Source: Parasitella parasitica NRRL 2501
Lineage: Eukaryota > Fungi > Mucoromycota
Reading direction: 5' to 3'
NCBI GenBank assembly: GCA_025201805.1
Contig: MU619256.1
Span: forward strand, 267,225-331,224
DNA: 64,000 nucleotides
In this document: positions 50,973-64,000 of the stretch, one piece after another
How positions within the stretch are numbered: the first letter of the stretch is position 1
Layout of the letters: every line of letters starts with the position of its first letter
Notes under the pieces: generated by a model
What the model saw: only the letters and a program-made list of their open reading frames with translations
Database searches by the model: none
Told to the model about the DNA's origin: nothing
Translations under genes and position numbers: made by a program

Positions 50973-53900
50973 TTAAATCCAAATGGCACGCTTTATCTTG
51001 TATCCCATCTTTTTAAATATGCCATCTGTCTTTTCGGCCTGATCTAAACTAATGATTGGCTTTTGAAAAACAAACTGTGTATCATGTTCATCGTGTTTGC
51101 AGGCTTTAGCAATGGCTTTGACAATGTCCTGGATCTGTTTTTTGCAGGTCTCGACTTGTCCGTCCAGCTCGCCTAAAATGTTGTATCTGACTGCCTTGAA
51201 ACTGACGGAATCGGTTCCTTCAAATGCGTCTTTTACGGCCGGAATGGTTATGTCGTTGTCTTTATGATCAATGTTGATGTCTCCGAGACTTTGATTGTGA
51301 ATACTACCTGTATTCCATCGAACATGCTCGCCGTCTTTGGAATGATTGATGATTAAACCGTAGTTTTGGTCTTCTGAGCGAGAAGCAGGCGTAAGAGACG
51401 ACAGAATATATTCGCCCATTTGAATGGAGATGATAGTGTCTAAACCGAGCCTCTTGAATTGAATTACTTTTTCCAGGGCGTAATTATAACTACAAATGTA
51501 TAGCGCCTTTTCGGTCAAGAGCAGTACCTTTTCTTGGAACTCTTTTCTGGGTGATCTGTTGTACATATATGTAAGGTCAGTATCTATGTACATGTACCTT
51601 TCATTATCATGCACACTCTATACCTTTGTTTGCCTGATTCTTCACCAGTAGGTGAAAGCAATGTCCAACCTTTAATCAGATTCTCTTCGTCAGATACGAC
51701 TATTTCACTGCTGATACCAACTATATACATCCAGGAATACTTTGTGTTAAACGCTATGCCAATCATCAACATAAACAACTTACTAGCATCGGATCGAATC
51801 TTGGCCCATCTTCTTTCAATGCCAGGCTCGGCAGACATTTTCGTACTCTGAGGCACATGTCTAAATATTTCTGATTTATGATAGCCCAAAATATAATCCA
51901 CAGTAGCCTGTCTCCAGAAATCTTTGATGGTATTAAAATAAAGTCTTGCTAATGAATTGGACGCATCGTTCATCATGCCAGTGATATTTCGTTTACCGGT
52001 TCTATGTATCAATACCACGAATATCGGTATACATGATGTTGGTGACAATCCCTCCCATTGCTTACCTCGTAAAATCACCCTTTAAGGCACTTGTACCTGC
52101 ATACATTCTGGATATCATATCGCCGTTGTTTGCCCACGCTTCGTAAAACATAATAAGCGTTTAGATATACATGTATATGTAAATAAAGAGAGAGAGAGAG
52201 AGAGATTACCATTGTTGAATATTTTTTCAAATTCATCATAGTATTTTATGCCTTGCTCTGGGTATTCGGTGATACCGAAGCGCATCAATTGCAAATTGAG
52301 TACGCTACGGCCAAATGCACTCTACACGACAAAAATCAGCACATGTGCTACAAATAAAATGATTTGTTTGTACCTGAACTACATTTGTTCGATCTAGGCA
52401 ATCCATGCAGTTCTACAACACCAATTTAGCTTCAGTTGGCATCAAACTAATGTTAATGTAACCACACGTACTGTTCTAAACACACCAGATTGTTTGCAAT
52501 AAATTATTGCCTCGCCATCAATACTAGCCGTTTCCCAGAAATATCTATCCATAATGAATTGAAGTGTCAGTAATTGATCACATTGTTGGACATTGTGCAA
52601 CGTACTGAATTCTCGAAAGGTCATCGTATAAACTTTTGCTTAATTTGCTAATATTCTCAAATTTCATCCCTTTGGTTTCTTTGTGAAAATCAAATTCGAC
52701 GTATCTATAAAGTTTTGAGCGAGTGAGTATTTGGTGATTCTGCTGACACATATCACACGTACTTAATGTTGGGGTCTGCTAATTCTTCCACATGATGTCT
52801 GTATTCTGCACCAACGATCGCCTCTCTCCCTGTTAATTCTGTCAAATTAACAATGATTTGTTTACCGTAGAGCTTTTCTTGTGTTTTGAAATGCTCGTGA
52901 AAGGCCGAATGGTTTTCTTGTTGCGATCTTTCCAAGCTTGGAACAGGGTGTAAGCTGTAAGGGGATTGGGTCCAAAACACAGGTACTGTGTAGTCGTAAC
53001 ATTGTTAGTAAAGAACGCTCGATCAGTTTGTCTGTGTGTGTATTTTACTTGATCCTCGAGTTTGAATAAACGAAGCCACATGAGTTATTCCATCTTTCCG
53101 AAAAATAACAGATTGCTCTGTCTCGACAAAATTGGCAACTTGCCCGTCTTCATTCACGCCTCTTCTTTGATATCTCATGCCTGCTCTCTCACGACTTCTT
53201 CTTGAAATCAATACAAAATCAAAGTCGTACCCATCAATTTGGCACGGTTCGATTTGCAACGTTCCCTGCATCACAGGTACTATCCATTCATCAAGCTAAG
53301 GTTACACCTTAGCATATGCCGATTTCTTCTGTCCTTTTCTTACTGTTTTTACCTTTTGAGTTACAAAATCACGAGTAAGGTGTTCATTCCACCAAAATCG
53401 TTTATCCACCTTTTTCCACATTGGAATATTGGGATCATCATATTCAGAGCTTTCTTGGCCCTTTTCGAGAGATCGTTGGAAGCTGTTTGTGATATCTAGA
53501 TACTCAATATGTAATTCAGCGACCAGCCACCCTCTTTTATATATTCATATATATATATATATATATATCTTGAACGCTGCTGCTCTTACCACAAGTATTG
53601 GAATATAAAAACATGGATCGACTAAACATTTCAGTCACTTGTCTAATTAATCTCTGCTCCAAAGCATCTTCCTCGTTATTATCGTCATCATTGTCGTTGT
53701 TTTCAAATGATGATATAGACAAGGTGGAGGCAGATGAATTTTGCGAAATGGAAGAGGAATTGGAAGGAACCAATAGACTAGGATCCGCCAAGTCTATCGG
53801 TTCCTTGTTTATTGCATCCAATACTTGTGGCTGATCAATCAATGTATCCTCATCCATCGACAATAGATCAGCACTACTCCTCTTCTTTGCAAATGTCTTT

Positions 53901-54547
53901 TTGATACGAGTCAGGAACGAGTTGGACTGTGTTAGTTGCACGGGCGGTTTTCTCTTTGCTGCTTCCTGATCCGCTTCCTGCGTTGTCGTTACTGCTTCTT
54001 GCTCGTCGTCCTTTTTTTTTTTTTATGCGCATCAATATTTGGGTTACATGAGAAAATGCCTTGCTATTGTTTACCTTTGTGTCCAACTTTTGGCACGCCT
54101 TGCAGGGATCAAAGCTCAAGCAACTCACGCCGCTTATCACATACACAGGATTCCCTAGTAAATGACCTCGACGTTGAACAGAGGATATCACGACCATGTA
54201 TTTTTCTATAAACAGAAAAAGTGGTCAGCTACACTTGACTTGAAGTCATCTTCCTGGCACTTCTTCCCACCTTTGAACCCCTCAATGAATCCAACAACAC
54301 CATAGATGTTGTACTTTTGAACAACATCTTTTGGTTCAAAAGTGTCTAGCATGATTGCTTAATTGTCATGATTGCGTTTTAATATTAAATAATGCTGTTT
54401 ACCTCTCCGAGTCATTTTATGCCCATCAAAATGGATCTCTAGAATTCTATCGTCTTTAACAAGCACAAACGAGCTTGTAGTAACATAGAGCTTAATCGTT
54501 TCGTTCTTTTCAGTTGCACCATGTGAGCTATCTGAGGTACAACGCAT
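50973..54547 (-). CDS. Sac1-domain phosphoinositide phosphatase with C-terminal hSac2 domain (INPP5F/Sac2-like), multi-exon
   Basis: LISRRSRERAGMRYQRRG, ANFVETEQ, QTRGS, RTNCMDCLDRTNVVQ (CX5R), WANNGD.ISRMYAGT; C-terminal VLLLTEKALYICSYNY. Confidence 0.9.
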
Positions 54548-55211
54548 ATTGAATGTATTGAATGTCTATAAGAAAACGTAAAGAAAAAAGAAAAGATGTG
54601 AACAGCACCGATTTTTATATTTGTACCCAGCTGCTTTGCTTGATGCAATCACGCTACTACACAACTACACAATACGCACGAAATCAAGCACTACGGTAAT
54701 TGGGAATAAATGATACGTTTCGTTGGATATCCACACAAATGTGTGTGGTTCTACACTCATGTTTTGAGCATCTTGTTCAATTAAAACGGCTCTCTATGTG
54801 ATAACTACAAGTGATCACCGTTGTATACGGAGGCTCGGGAGTTACAAGGGGGGCGCTGAGCACATTAACTATGCCTCTTAATAACTGGTTTGTCTTTCCA
54901 TTTGGTTTAGCAGGGTTTATGAGATTATGTGTCCTTTGAAATTATATAGGTTTCCTATGCCGCATTACTGCTCAAGAGAAACTCTAAACTTTTGGAATCG
55001 TATTGAATCCTCAAACAAAATCGGTGGGTGGCCTACCAACATGCATTGAAGTAGCACTCTGAATTCTAACTTTGAACAAAAATACGTACGCTAGTATTGA
55101 AAGCCAACGATATAAATGCCAATACAACGACTATACACATCAAAATCTTTTGCGTGAAATTCCATAAAACTAGGTTTGCCCAGACTTTTTTCAAATAGTC
55201 ATGCAATGTCC

Positions 55212-55251
55212 AATGGCACATTTTGTAACAGAATGGCACATTTTGTAACAG
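55212..55251. repeat. Perfect 20-bp tandem duplication AATGGCACATTTTGTAACAG x2
   Basis: Direct reading of the sequence. Confidence 0.85.
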
Positions 55252-55594
55252 GCGAGTAAAATAATTGTTTTTGAAATGACAGTTGACAATGTGTATTCAT
55301 GAGGTCGTAAACTGCAAATCGTATACCATCCCTTGCTTTGCATAGGTTATAAATATAAGATAAGGAACTGTTGCAAGATGGTTGAATTTAATAATAAAAG
55401 AAAAATCATTATTTTGCTGAATCACAGAATATTATTGTTTACGTGCTAATGAATACAGATACTCTCTCACCCAAATTGTCGCATAAAAGACTAGAGCCAC
55501 TTGCATTGATTGTAGTACAGTCATGCTTATAGAAATTGGCGTTATGTCACAATCAAAATTTTGCTTTTCAAAGATCCTCTTTAAAAAAAACAAA

Positions 55595-57625
55595 ATGGAA
55601 GAATACATAATCGAGAACTACCAGGACTTCGATCCTATAATATGCTTTAATTCCATGAAATACCAAACCACAAGAGGGCTTGCAGAAGCTGAATTCGAGT
55701 CGGTCATTAACAACTTACGTAACAATGAAGACCTTAGTGTCCGATTGATAAAATGGTGTAAAAATGTGGTCGAAAATGATTTTAACGTAAGTATAATAAT
55801 ATAGCAAACATAAAAGCTTATTTGGTACTGACTTATTTCTCGAAAAGGTCATTAAGACAAACGAGGCGCTTGTATATTGGGAGCTAAAGACAAAGGCGAG
55901 AGAAGAGATCACTAAATCATTGAATAAGGCAGAAGAGAGTCTCAGTAAACGCGAACTAATTGAAATTGAAAAGAAGAATGTTTTGAAGACCGTACGTGAC
56001 AAGATGACGCTTGTGAATAAGCTAAAGAGGAAAGCAGAAACCATTGAAGCAGCAAGCCAAGAAGTAATAAATTTAGATAGAACACAATTGCTATACTTTG
56101 AAAGTTAATAATTTGTTATATTTACTTATCAATATAGGAGCAAGACCCTGTGTTGTTTGGGAGCAAGAGTGTTGGTACGATATTAAAGAATGCTGGAGAA
56201 AACGAGAGCAAAAGGTTTTGGAGTTTGAATAAGAAAGAGCAATACATGATAAGGTATTTGACTTTAGTTAGATTAATTATTAAAACCTAATGATCTGCTG
56301 TAGTTTATGCTTGAATTCGATTCTTGATCTATCTGATGAACGTGAGAGCTCTCAGAAACTATTATTTACCGATGAAGAATGGAAACTTATTGCAGGCCAA
56401 TATGGCCGTAAATTTTTTTTCAATCGTAAGAAAATGGAACAAAAAACCAAAGAAGTGAACAAGGTTTTTATTATTTTAAAGTTATTCTAAACTTTTGCTG
56501 AAATGATTTTTATTTTTAGCATTTGCGACAAGGCGACCTTGACAGGGCGTATACGGTATCTAGAAAGCTTGAACTTGATAATTTGAATGGACCAGATGAA
56601 GCATTGTATTTCATATACAGTCATATGTAAATATAAAATACAAATATATACTTGCAATGCTTACTATTTTTAATTCTATTTTAGTGTAAACCTCTACCGA
56701 AAAAGAAGAGATGTTTTAAACCCAAAGTCGAAGAAAACCCCCACAGAGTACAATTACATTACTAAAATATGGGTGAATATTTTAGAGGCATTGTTCCCTG
56801 AAGACAAGATCTATATCAAATGGTAAATATATCTTCATATCCACATCTTGATACCTTTAAACTGACCTTCATACTTTAGGGGGGAATCACATTCGGCAGC
56901 ATGCAAAGATGACTACAAAGTCGATGCCAGAATCATCGTCCAAGTGAATGGGGAAGTCAACAATCTGAGTAACATGGAGGCCTCCAGACAATTGACGAAT
57001 CAGAAAATTGACGAGGATCATCTGAAACTCATCATTGAAAGCAAGTGCGCCTTGGACAACATCATCATGAAGACCTCCTCACTCGTAGAAGAGAACTTGA
57101 ATGTTTTATTTATTCAACTTAGTGGTAATTACACATTTTGAGAGCTGATGAAATCAAATACAAAGTAACGAGCTCTTTTTGCGTTTTACTAGGCGCTCAG
57201 TGTGAGGTGAATATATTATCTCTTCTTGCACCAGGGCTATATGTTGTAAATCAATATTGCAATCTCAACATCACCAACTCCCTACCTGAGTTCGCCGATA
57301 ATGCTTCAAAGTGGTTTGCATCCCTCTTTGCGATTAAGGTCAGAACTATTATAACGTATATTTTACTTCTTTAAATCTAACGTCAATAATATTAACAATA
57401 AAGGAAAGTCTCTATAAACTTTCATCATTAGTCGAGGTAAATACTCCCAAATCCGCCACCTACAACGAGCATTTCCGTAGACACACCCACACTGATAACT
57501 TCAGTTATGCCGAATGGATAAGAAGCACCTTCTATCCCCCAAATGAAGATAACACCTCCTTTAGTCTCCCCCAGCATTTGTATGATGCACCAACCGCTCA
57601 ATCACGTAAGACCACTAAGCACTGA
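55595..57625 (+). CDS. Multi-exon hypothetical protein with a C-terminal restriction-endonuclease-like (PD-(D/E)xK) motif pattern
   Basis: Spliced reading: TEYNYITKIWVNILEALF, WGES, YKVDARII, NMEAS, KIDEDHLKLIIESK, IQLSGAQC, GLYV, WIRSTFYPP; GT-AG introns link the ORF fragments. Confidence 0.55.
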
Positions 57626-59891
57626 AGTATTTTTATAATTAGTGTATTCAAAAAAGAATACCAATTATATCCTAATGACAAATGAATGAGCAAAATGTAT
57701 AAGGTACGTTATAAAAAAATAGGGGAAATTATTTTTGGTATTATTGTCCTTTGGAAGCCTTAAATAACAATTCAATAATAGCTCAAACTTGAGTTCTTTT
57801 ATAAATAATGTTAATCCTTTAGTAATAAAATAAATGAAATTTATTCGATTTGTTTGTATGTATGATAAATTAAGTAATCTACAGGTTGAAATTAATCACA
57901 CAATATGAGAAGAACCATAAACTATAGCATTTGACAAAAGAACTTTTTTTTTTAATTTAAGCTAGGTAAAGGGGGAGTAAAATACTTTGGAATAACCAAT
58001 TTGTAAAAATGATGAAAGGCAATATACAGTCTTTTTATGGTTTCTGTAAAAAAAAGTTCAAATAAATGATATTGTCATGGTGTTCGCGATGATATATATT
58101 AGGGTTTCCGATCAGAAACTTTTTATGTCTGATAAAGGCCAAGAAGTTTCTGATAAAAGCTGAGAGAAAGTAGATTAAAAATGCAAGAATAGAGAACTTT
58201 TATAATGACAAGCGAAATTGCGACGCCCTGACTAATTTATTTTTGATCAAACAGCCATTGTGCAAGAGCAATAGGTATGACTCTCATTGTTTTTTATTAC
58301 CTCAAATGAAAATTTATCAACACCATCGACATGTACTTGAGAACCTGAAACTAAACAATCACCAACGAGCCACAATAAAAAATTGTTTGAATTTCATAAT
58401 CTTTAAATGTTGATAAATTATTTCAGATGTATCCGTATATTAGACATCGAAATAAGCTCAAATATTTAGACAAGTCTATAGACCTGTAAAGGTATTTAAA
58501 CTATATTACAAAACTACCAAGGCATTAAGTTGTACTACCTGTCAAATTGTGCATTTACACAATGGCAGTTTATCCCTGAATCTAAGTTTAAACCAACCAT
58601 TTCATTCTGTTTTCTCCTCTAATTATATGTCTTTTCAAAAACCATAGCAGATTTTTATAACTTCGCATTATCATTTTATGTTACATCTGTCAAGTCAGCC
58701 ATATTTAAAATCAAAGAAAGAATATATAGTCGGGACTCGTTATCACGGACGGGTTGGTGTACAAAAATGTGTTTGGTATAGCGAGTTATTCCCTATTCAG
58801 AATTTGACACTCTACAGCCCAGTGTCTGGAACCTGGAACCTACCAATCTACCAGAAGCTTATTATGAAGCTTAACTTTTGTTAGTAAAATTACCCTTAAT
58901 CTCAATCCTAGCCTCTATTTACTTTCTATTTTACATGTTTAGCACTATAATTACAAAAAAGGAGCTCTTGCACTGACACTAAGCATTATTATAAGCAGCA
59001 ATGGAAATAGGGCTTCTCTGTCATAAGCAATTAGCAACTTATGAATTATTTACAAATAACAAGGGGTTCTTTCAGCAAAACATTGTATTCATTAATTATC
59101 CTCTTCCGCTTCCAAATCGATGAGCCATACCTGTTTCTCATATTACTATGAAGAAAGGTATACTTACTTTATAGAGCTGTATCATGTACTAGAATTGTTA
59201 TTGACGTGATATCATCTCCAGATAGATATTTTTTACAGCTTAAAAGCAATTTTTTTAGCTTAGAGCGTCATTTTTTGACTGATTTTCATAATCAAAAGTG
59301 CCCTGAAAACGCCAGAAATAATATCAATTGGGAAAAAACTATGTTATATATGATTTTGGTGCAATTTGAGCATGATTTTTTTTTCGATGCAAAACCACGG
59401 ATTTTTTCGATTTTTTCCCTGTATGAAGGTATAGCCATAACTATGGTAAACTTCTCCAATAAGAATCGTTTCAGAAACTTTTAAAGCCAATAGGAAAGCC
59501 TCCACAAAGTAGAGGACCCAATCAAAAGGTCGCCACATCGATTGAATTATCCAATTGACAATTGTCCAAAAAGATCCAATCAATGAACTTCGATTGGTAT
59601 GAAAGTTTCGTATGTCGCCCTGCATATAATAATATGAATGTATAGAATGAAGTATATTCACCGCATACATTAGATTCATTTAAATTTTTCTTATTGATTG
59701 GAAAGATAAATTCTTCAATAATACATATATATTGATTCAAGATATGAATTTACCACTTCAAATTAAAAACGGGGTTCCTGAATTTGACAGTTCACCTCGT
59801 GCTTGATAACCAAAGTTTTTTTTAAAGGGACATATAAAAGTCAAGATAATCAGTGCGTTTGATATTTTTTAATTTTATTTCAAATAATACC

Positions 59892-62800
59892 ATGCCTCGT
59901 TCAGGAAGAAATTCAGTTGTTGGTGGTAAAAGAGGCAGACGACCAGGCGCAAAGAATCCAAATGCAGGTAGACGTCCTCAAATTAAGGCCTATAATAGCT
60001 CTCAGAATCAAACAAGTTTGTTATCACATTTTGGTGCTGGTGCTAGTAGTTCCGGAAGCAATAGCAGTATTGAGAACAGCTTGAATAATTCTAATAATAA
60101 TCCTGCCAATGTTGCAGAGATTCAGCCCAATGACTTTGCCGAGGAAAATGACTCCTCTGATGAAACGATGAGAGATACAGAAGAGGTACACAATCAATCA
60201 AAATAGATCTTAAATAATATGTGATGACCTCTAACTTGAGTATACTTCCTATCTTTAAAGATGCAAATTGATTGCGACCAGTCTTCCGAAATTAACACAT
60301 ACGGCATTGATATTGAGTACAATGGATCCGAACAAGAAGTTGACGTCGATAGCGATATGTTCGATAGAATTGAAGATGATATTACAAGCAGTGCTGACTC
60401 ATCGTATATAACTGAATACCTGAAATCAATTCAAGACAAATTCAGACGCAATGAAATGCCCCAGGCCTACAAAGATGGCACATTCTGGTATTCAAATCAA
60501 GCTGCCTTCTTCAAGTTGAAAAAGGATGTAAACGCTGATCAAAGAAACCTACTTCAGCCCAGGGTTTTTTTATGGTTTCCTCATTATCTATTTTATGAGG
60601 CAGACAAGAAATTCAAATGCCCTGAATGCTCCAAGAACAAGACTGCGCCTGAGTTTATGAACAATGATGGTTATACCAAGAATCCCCTAGCTAGAAGAAT
60701 CATTGACATTAAAGAGTAAGTACTATATACCGCTTTTCAGACTATCCACTGAATTAATAGTTACATAGTTGCTTTTATCTCATGTCATGCTTTTATAAAT
60801 GTAATAAATGCAGCTGCAGGATTATTGGAACAGATATTGAGCTGATCAGACAATTGCCAATCATTGCACAAGCTGAATTCCCTGCCTTCTTGACTAAAAA
60901 AAGTGGTATATCAAGAGACCTTGCAGATTTGATGCGTCCCCTTGTACAATCCTCGACTGGTCCACTACGATTGAGCAATATTTTGCAGGAGCTACATACC
61001 AAACGATATGACACGCTTCAATACCAATATCTAGCAAATTATAAATTCAGAGTCGACAATCCTGGCTTGAGATCTCTTGCGGTTCCTGCACCAGAGTTTT
61101 CCAAATTCAACGACAAAAACGGCTACAATGGATATTATCCATCTGCCAATTATATCAGCTTCGTTTACACGTCTTTAATGGAAGTATTCCGCCAACATTT
61201 GGACAATCAAATAATGAAAGTAGATGGAACTATCCTTAAAGGTGACCACACTTTCAAAGCAGCTAGCAACATCAGCTCGATCAAGAATGGTGTCAATGTC
61301 TTTGGTGCTCTATACACTGTCACCAACGAATATGAAGAGATTCGACTACAATCATTTGTGCCAACTAAATCTCTTATTCACCTGATAACTTCCTTTGACA
61401 AGATGTGGAATGCTTATAACATGTACGGGTACGAGCAGCCAAAACTCTTTTACACTGACAATGTGCGGTCTGATCGCCATTTTCTAGAGGAGCACCTGCC
61501 ATCCTTGCTTGAAAACGTACAACATGTCGATGGACTCCCAGTCGCTGTGATTCCCAACAACGTGAACATTTTTGTTAATGATACAGTGCAAGAAATCAAC
61601 GAATCTTGTGAAAGAATCCTTCGGGATTACTCTGATCTTCCGGTGCTTGTTCATTTTAAGAGATGTACCAACAATGGACGCTCCATTGCCCGCGTATCAA
61701 TTGGAACCTTTAATTTTGAAGTTTTTATATTCAAAATAATTGCCAATACTTTTCCAATTTGTTTACGAAGACTATTTGAAGACGAAAACATCAACAAGAT
61801 TGGACATAGACTAACTGCGCTCACAACAAGTCTAAACGAGCAATACCCTGCGTTGCAATTGCAGTTGAAAAATGCGAATGAGTGGTCTACATATTGCAGC
61901 AATCGTTGTATCAACAGTTCCGGTCCCAAATTAAAAAACCTTTGTCAGGATCTTCTCAGTGAAGAATTCCCTAGAGAGCCTACGCTTGTTGAATCTGGTA
62001 GATGGGAGCTTGATGTTCTTGACAATGCCCAAATCCAGAGGTTAGCCTTGGAAACTTTCTACATGATGAAAACCTATTCAAAAGCCAAAACAATTGAAGC
62101 TTCGTTTACTAGCTTTGATCAGGTCCCGTCTGTAGACACATATGTAGCAATATTCCCAAGGCATTCGGTAACAATGACTCCCTCGGCGTATGGCTATATT
62201 AGAGACAAGTCTTCTCAAGAATTTGGATTACCCATGAGAAGACATTTGCTGAGCAATGTAACAGTGTTGATTGAAGTTACGAGGGTCATAAAACCAAACA
62301 TGCGTCTTCCTGAGCATGGACCCAAAAAAACATTGGCGGATACTGGTTGCTCTCACTCATTTGTAGTGGTCAATAAGTCTATGCTTCGTAAGTGCTCAGA
62401 AAATCACGATTCTAGTAATGTTGAAGAAGTAATGGATGACCATATCAGAAGCATTGATGATGCAGGTGATTTGCAGCATTATGAAGAGCAACTCTCCAAT
62501 GATGATATCGCCAGTCATCCCCTACCTACGAATGATACTGTGGTCCGCAAGAGCAGAATTTTGAAAGATGTGTTTCATCTTATTGATATGCTGAAAATAC
62601 CTATCAAACATTCCTTGTGTGCCGAATTTAAGCGGAAATACAGAGACATCCTCTTGGTGCCTGATCTAGTCGACAAGGCCAATGTCACTCGCGTTCTTTT
62701 ATCTACAAATACTACATGGGAATACAAGATTGCGTCGAATCCTTCTTGGGTCTGGAAACGGGTCAAGCGTTGTATTCCACAGCCCGAACAACTGATTCCT

Positions 62801-64000
62801 CTTCTTAAAAAGCTCTTTGAAGACTATGGTCCTATCATCTGTGATGATATTAGGAAACCATTGTTTGATAGAGAGGCGAAGAGAACCGCAGAAAACATAC
62901 TGGAAACAGTTCGGCTGGGACATGTATCTGACCCTGAAGATATCCCACTGTATACCTTGTACGCTTATGACAAAAATGGTCTTGCCAAGTATCATTGTTG
63001 TCGTGGCACTAATAGCCTTGAAGGTAAAAGATATATGTAAATACTTTCAAATACAAGCAAACCTAACACTTTATTTGGCACAGGCGGCGTGCATTCTAAT
63101 ATTGTGAGAAAATTTTCAAGTATCAATGGCAGTATACGCCTTGCTGATGCTGCTCTTGCCGACTACCGCTTGAGACACAATGCGAATGTAAGTATATAAT
63201 ATACTACAACTATTTGAACGCATAGCTGAATATTTGGTATTAGGTTGGCTCAAGGCATAGATTGAACAAGAAATATGTTGGACATTATGATCCTTGGCTG
63301 ATACACTCAATCAATGCTCTTCGCTACCACCTTCTTTTGCCTAAACAATCATCTTATTTTTGTATTAATAATCTCTCGCCGGTCGACTTCGATTCTTCAA
63401 AAGAAACTTTTGGTATAACTCCTCTCCCACACGCTCTCATTTCGTTCTTTTCCATGGAAAGCTATATACCAACTATTCCGCTAAGAATTTCGAGCCGGTC
63501 AACTAACATTCAACGGAGATCTACCACCACCTCTACAATTACATCACCCACGACTTTGACGGCATTTTTAGCATTATCAGCTCTACCACTTGCAGCATTT
63601 ACTGCAGAAGTTGACACTAACCTAACAAACTATAACTACCTTGCTGAACATCAAGGAACCAAATATGCAGTCGTTCATGTACATACCTCTGAAGAAAAGG
63701 CAATATTTAGAGATCTAATTTTCACGCAAATCAACAATCAATTCAATGATTTTGGAAGAAGATCCTCTCCAGACTTCTTGAAGCTATGCAAACATTGGTC
63801 TCGCATCAGCAATGGCATGACTATCTTCTATAAAACACCTGAACTCTTAAGAAATTACTACAACAAAAGACAACAGGCAAAAAAAAATTGTTGAGGCTGA
63901 GAGATCAAATAGGCTGACAATCCGCAGGATGAATGTTCTTGTTCATAACCCCTCAAGAAGTGTCGTTGTACCAGAAAACTCTCGTGTCAACGCTCAAGAG
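59892..64000 (+). CDS. Large DUF6729-type DDE transposase-like protein with an inserted 3'-5' exonuclease-like domain; exons 59892-60185, 60261-60715, 60769-63023, 63084-63187, 63244->63894; probably continues past the window
   Basis: VFLWFPH, CPEC..Y.CNKC zinc ribbon, ARRIIDI, EFPAFLTKKSG, GDHTFK (D), YTDN (D), KDVFH (DxxH), RGTNSLEGGVH (E), GHYDPW. Confidence 0.7.

Noticed and set aside
13045-54547. Membrane-trafficking 'cluster' (GET3, SEC17, arrestin, VPS29, Sac2-like)
   Set aside because: Spread over 40 kb among unrelated genes; a common functional class, so chance is adequate
58095-58235. TAGGGTTTCCG...GCGACGCCCTG as hAT-like termini of the accessory element
   Set aside because: Only ~4-5 bp of complementarity, no TSD and no matching partner end found in the window
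58725-58795. Imperfect inverted repeat (ACTCGTTAT / ATAGCGAGT) as a MITE
   Set aside because: Too short and degenerate to support

Overview
Eukaryotic fungal DNA. The short 45-90 nt GT-AG introns, AT-rich intergenic spacers and gene repertoire suggest Mucorales/Mucoromycota (inference). The ORF track fragments most genes at introns, so I rebuilt the gene models by eye. Roughly 1-54.6 kb is a gene-dense housekeeping block: Snf2/Sth1 ATPase 3' end, an RVxF-motif protein, a formin GBD/FH3-only protein, a KH-domain protein, GET3, YDJ1, an AtuA/DUF1446 protein, a ricin-B lectin, MRPS16, a Pho87-type transporter, an MDP-1 phosphatase, SEC17, an arrestin, an MKK1-type kinase, a SAM-PH protein, a sugar porter, a PCL cyclin, VPS29, an alpha/beta hydrolase and a Sac2/INPP5F-type phosphatase. 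A decayed Tc1 (DD34E) transposon with long TIRs interrupts this block at 28.4-29.9 kb. It carries a 24-bp poly(A)-tailed insertion flanked by a 15-bp target-site duplication. The last ~9 kb looks accessory: a multi-exon gene with a restriction-endonuclease-like motif pattern, then a large intron-containing DUF6729-type DDE/DxxH transposase-like gene. That gene has an apparently catalytically dead 3'-5' exonuclease (DnaQ/WRN-like) domain nested inside its catalytic core. No rRNA, tRNA or CRISPR features were seen. All family assignments come from motif recognition, not database searches.
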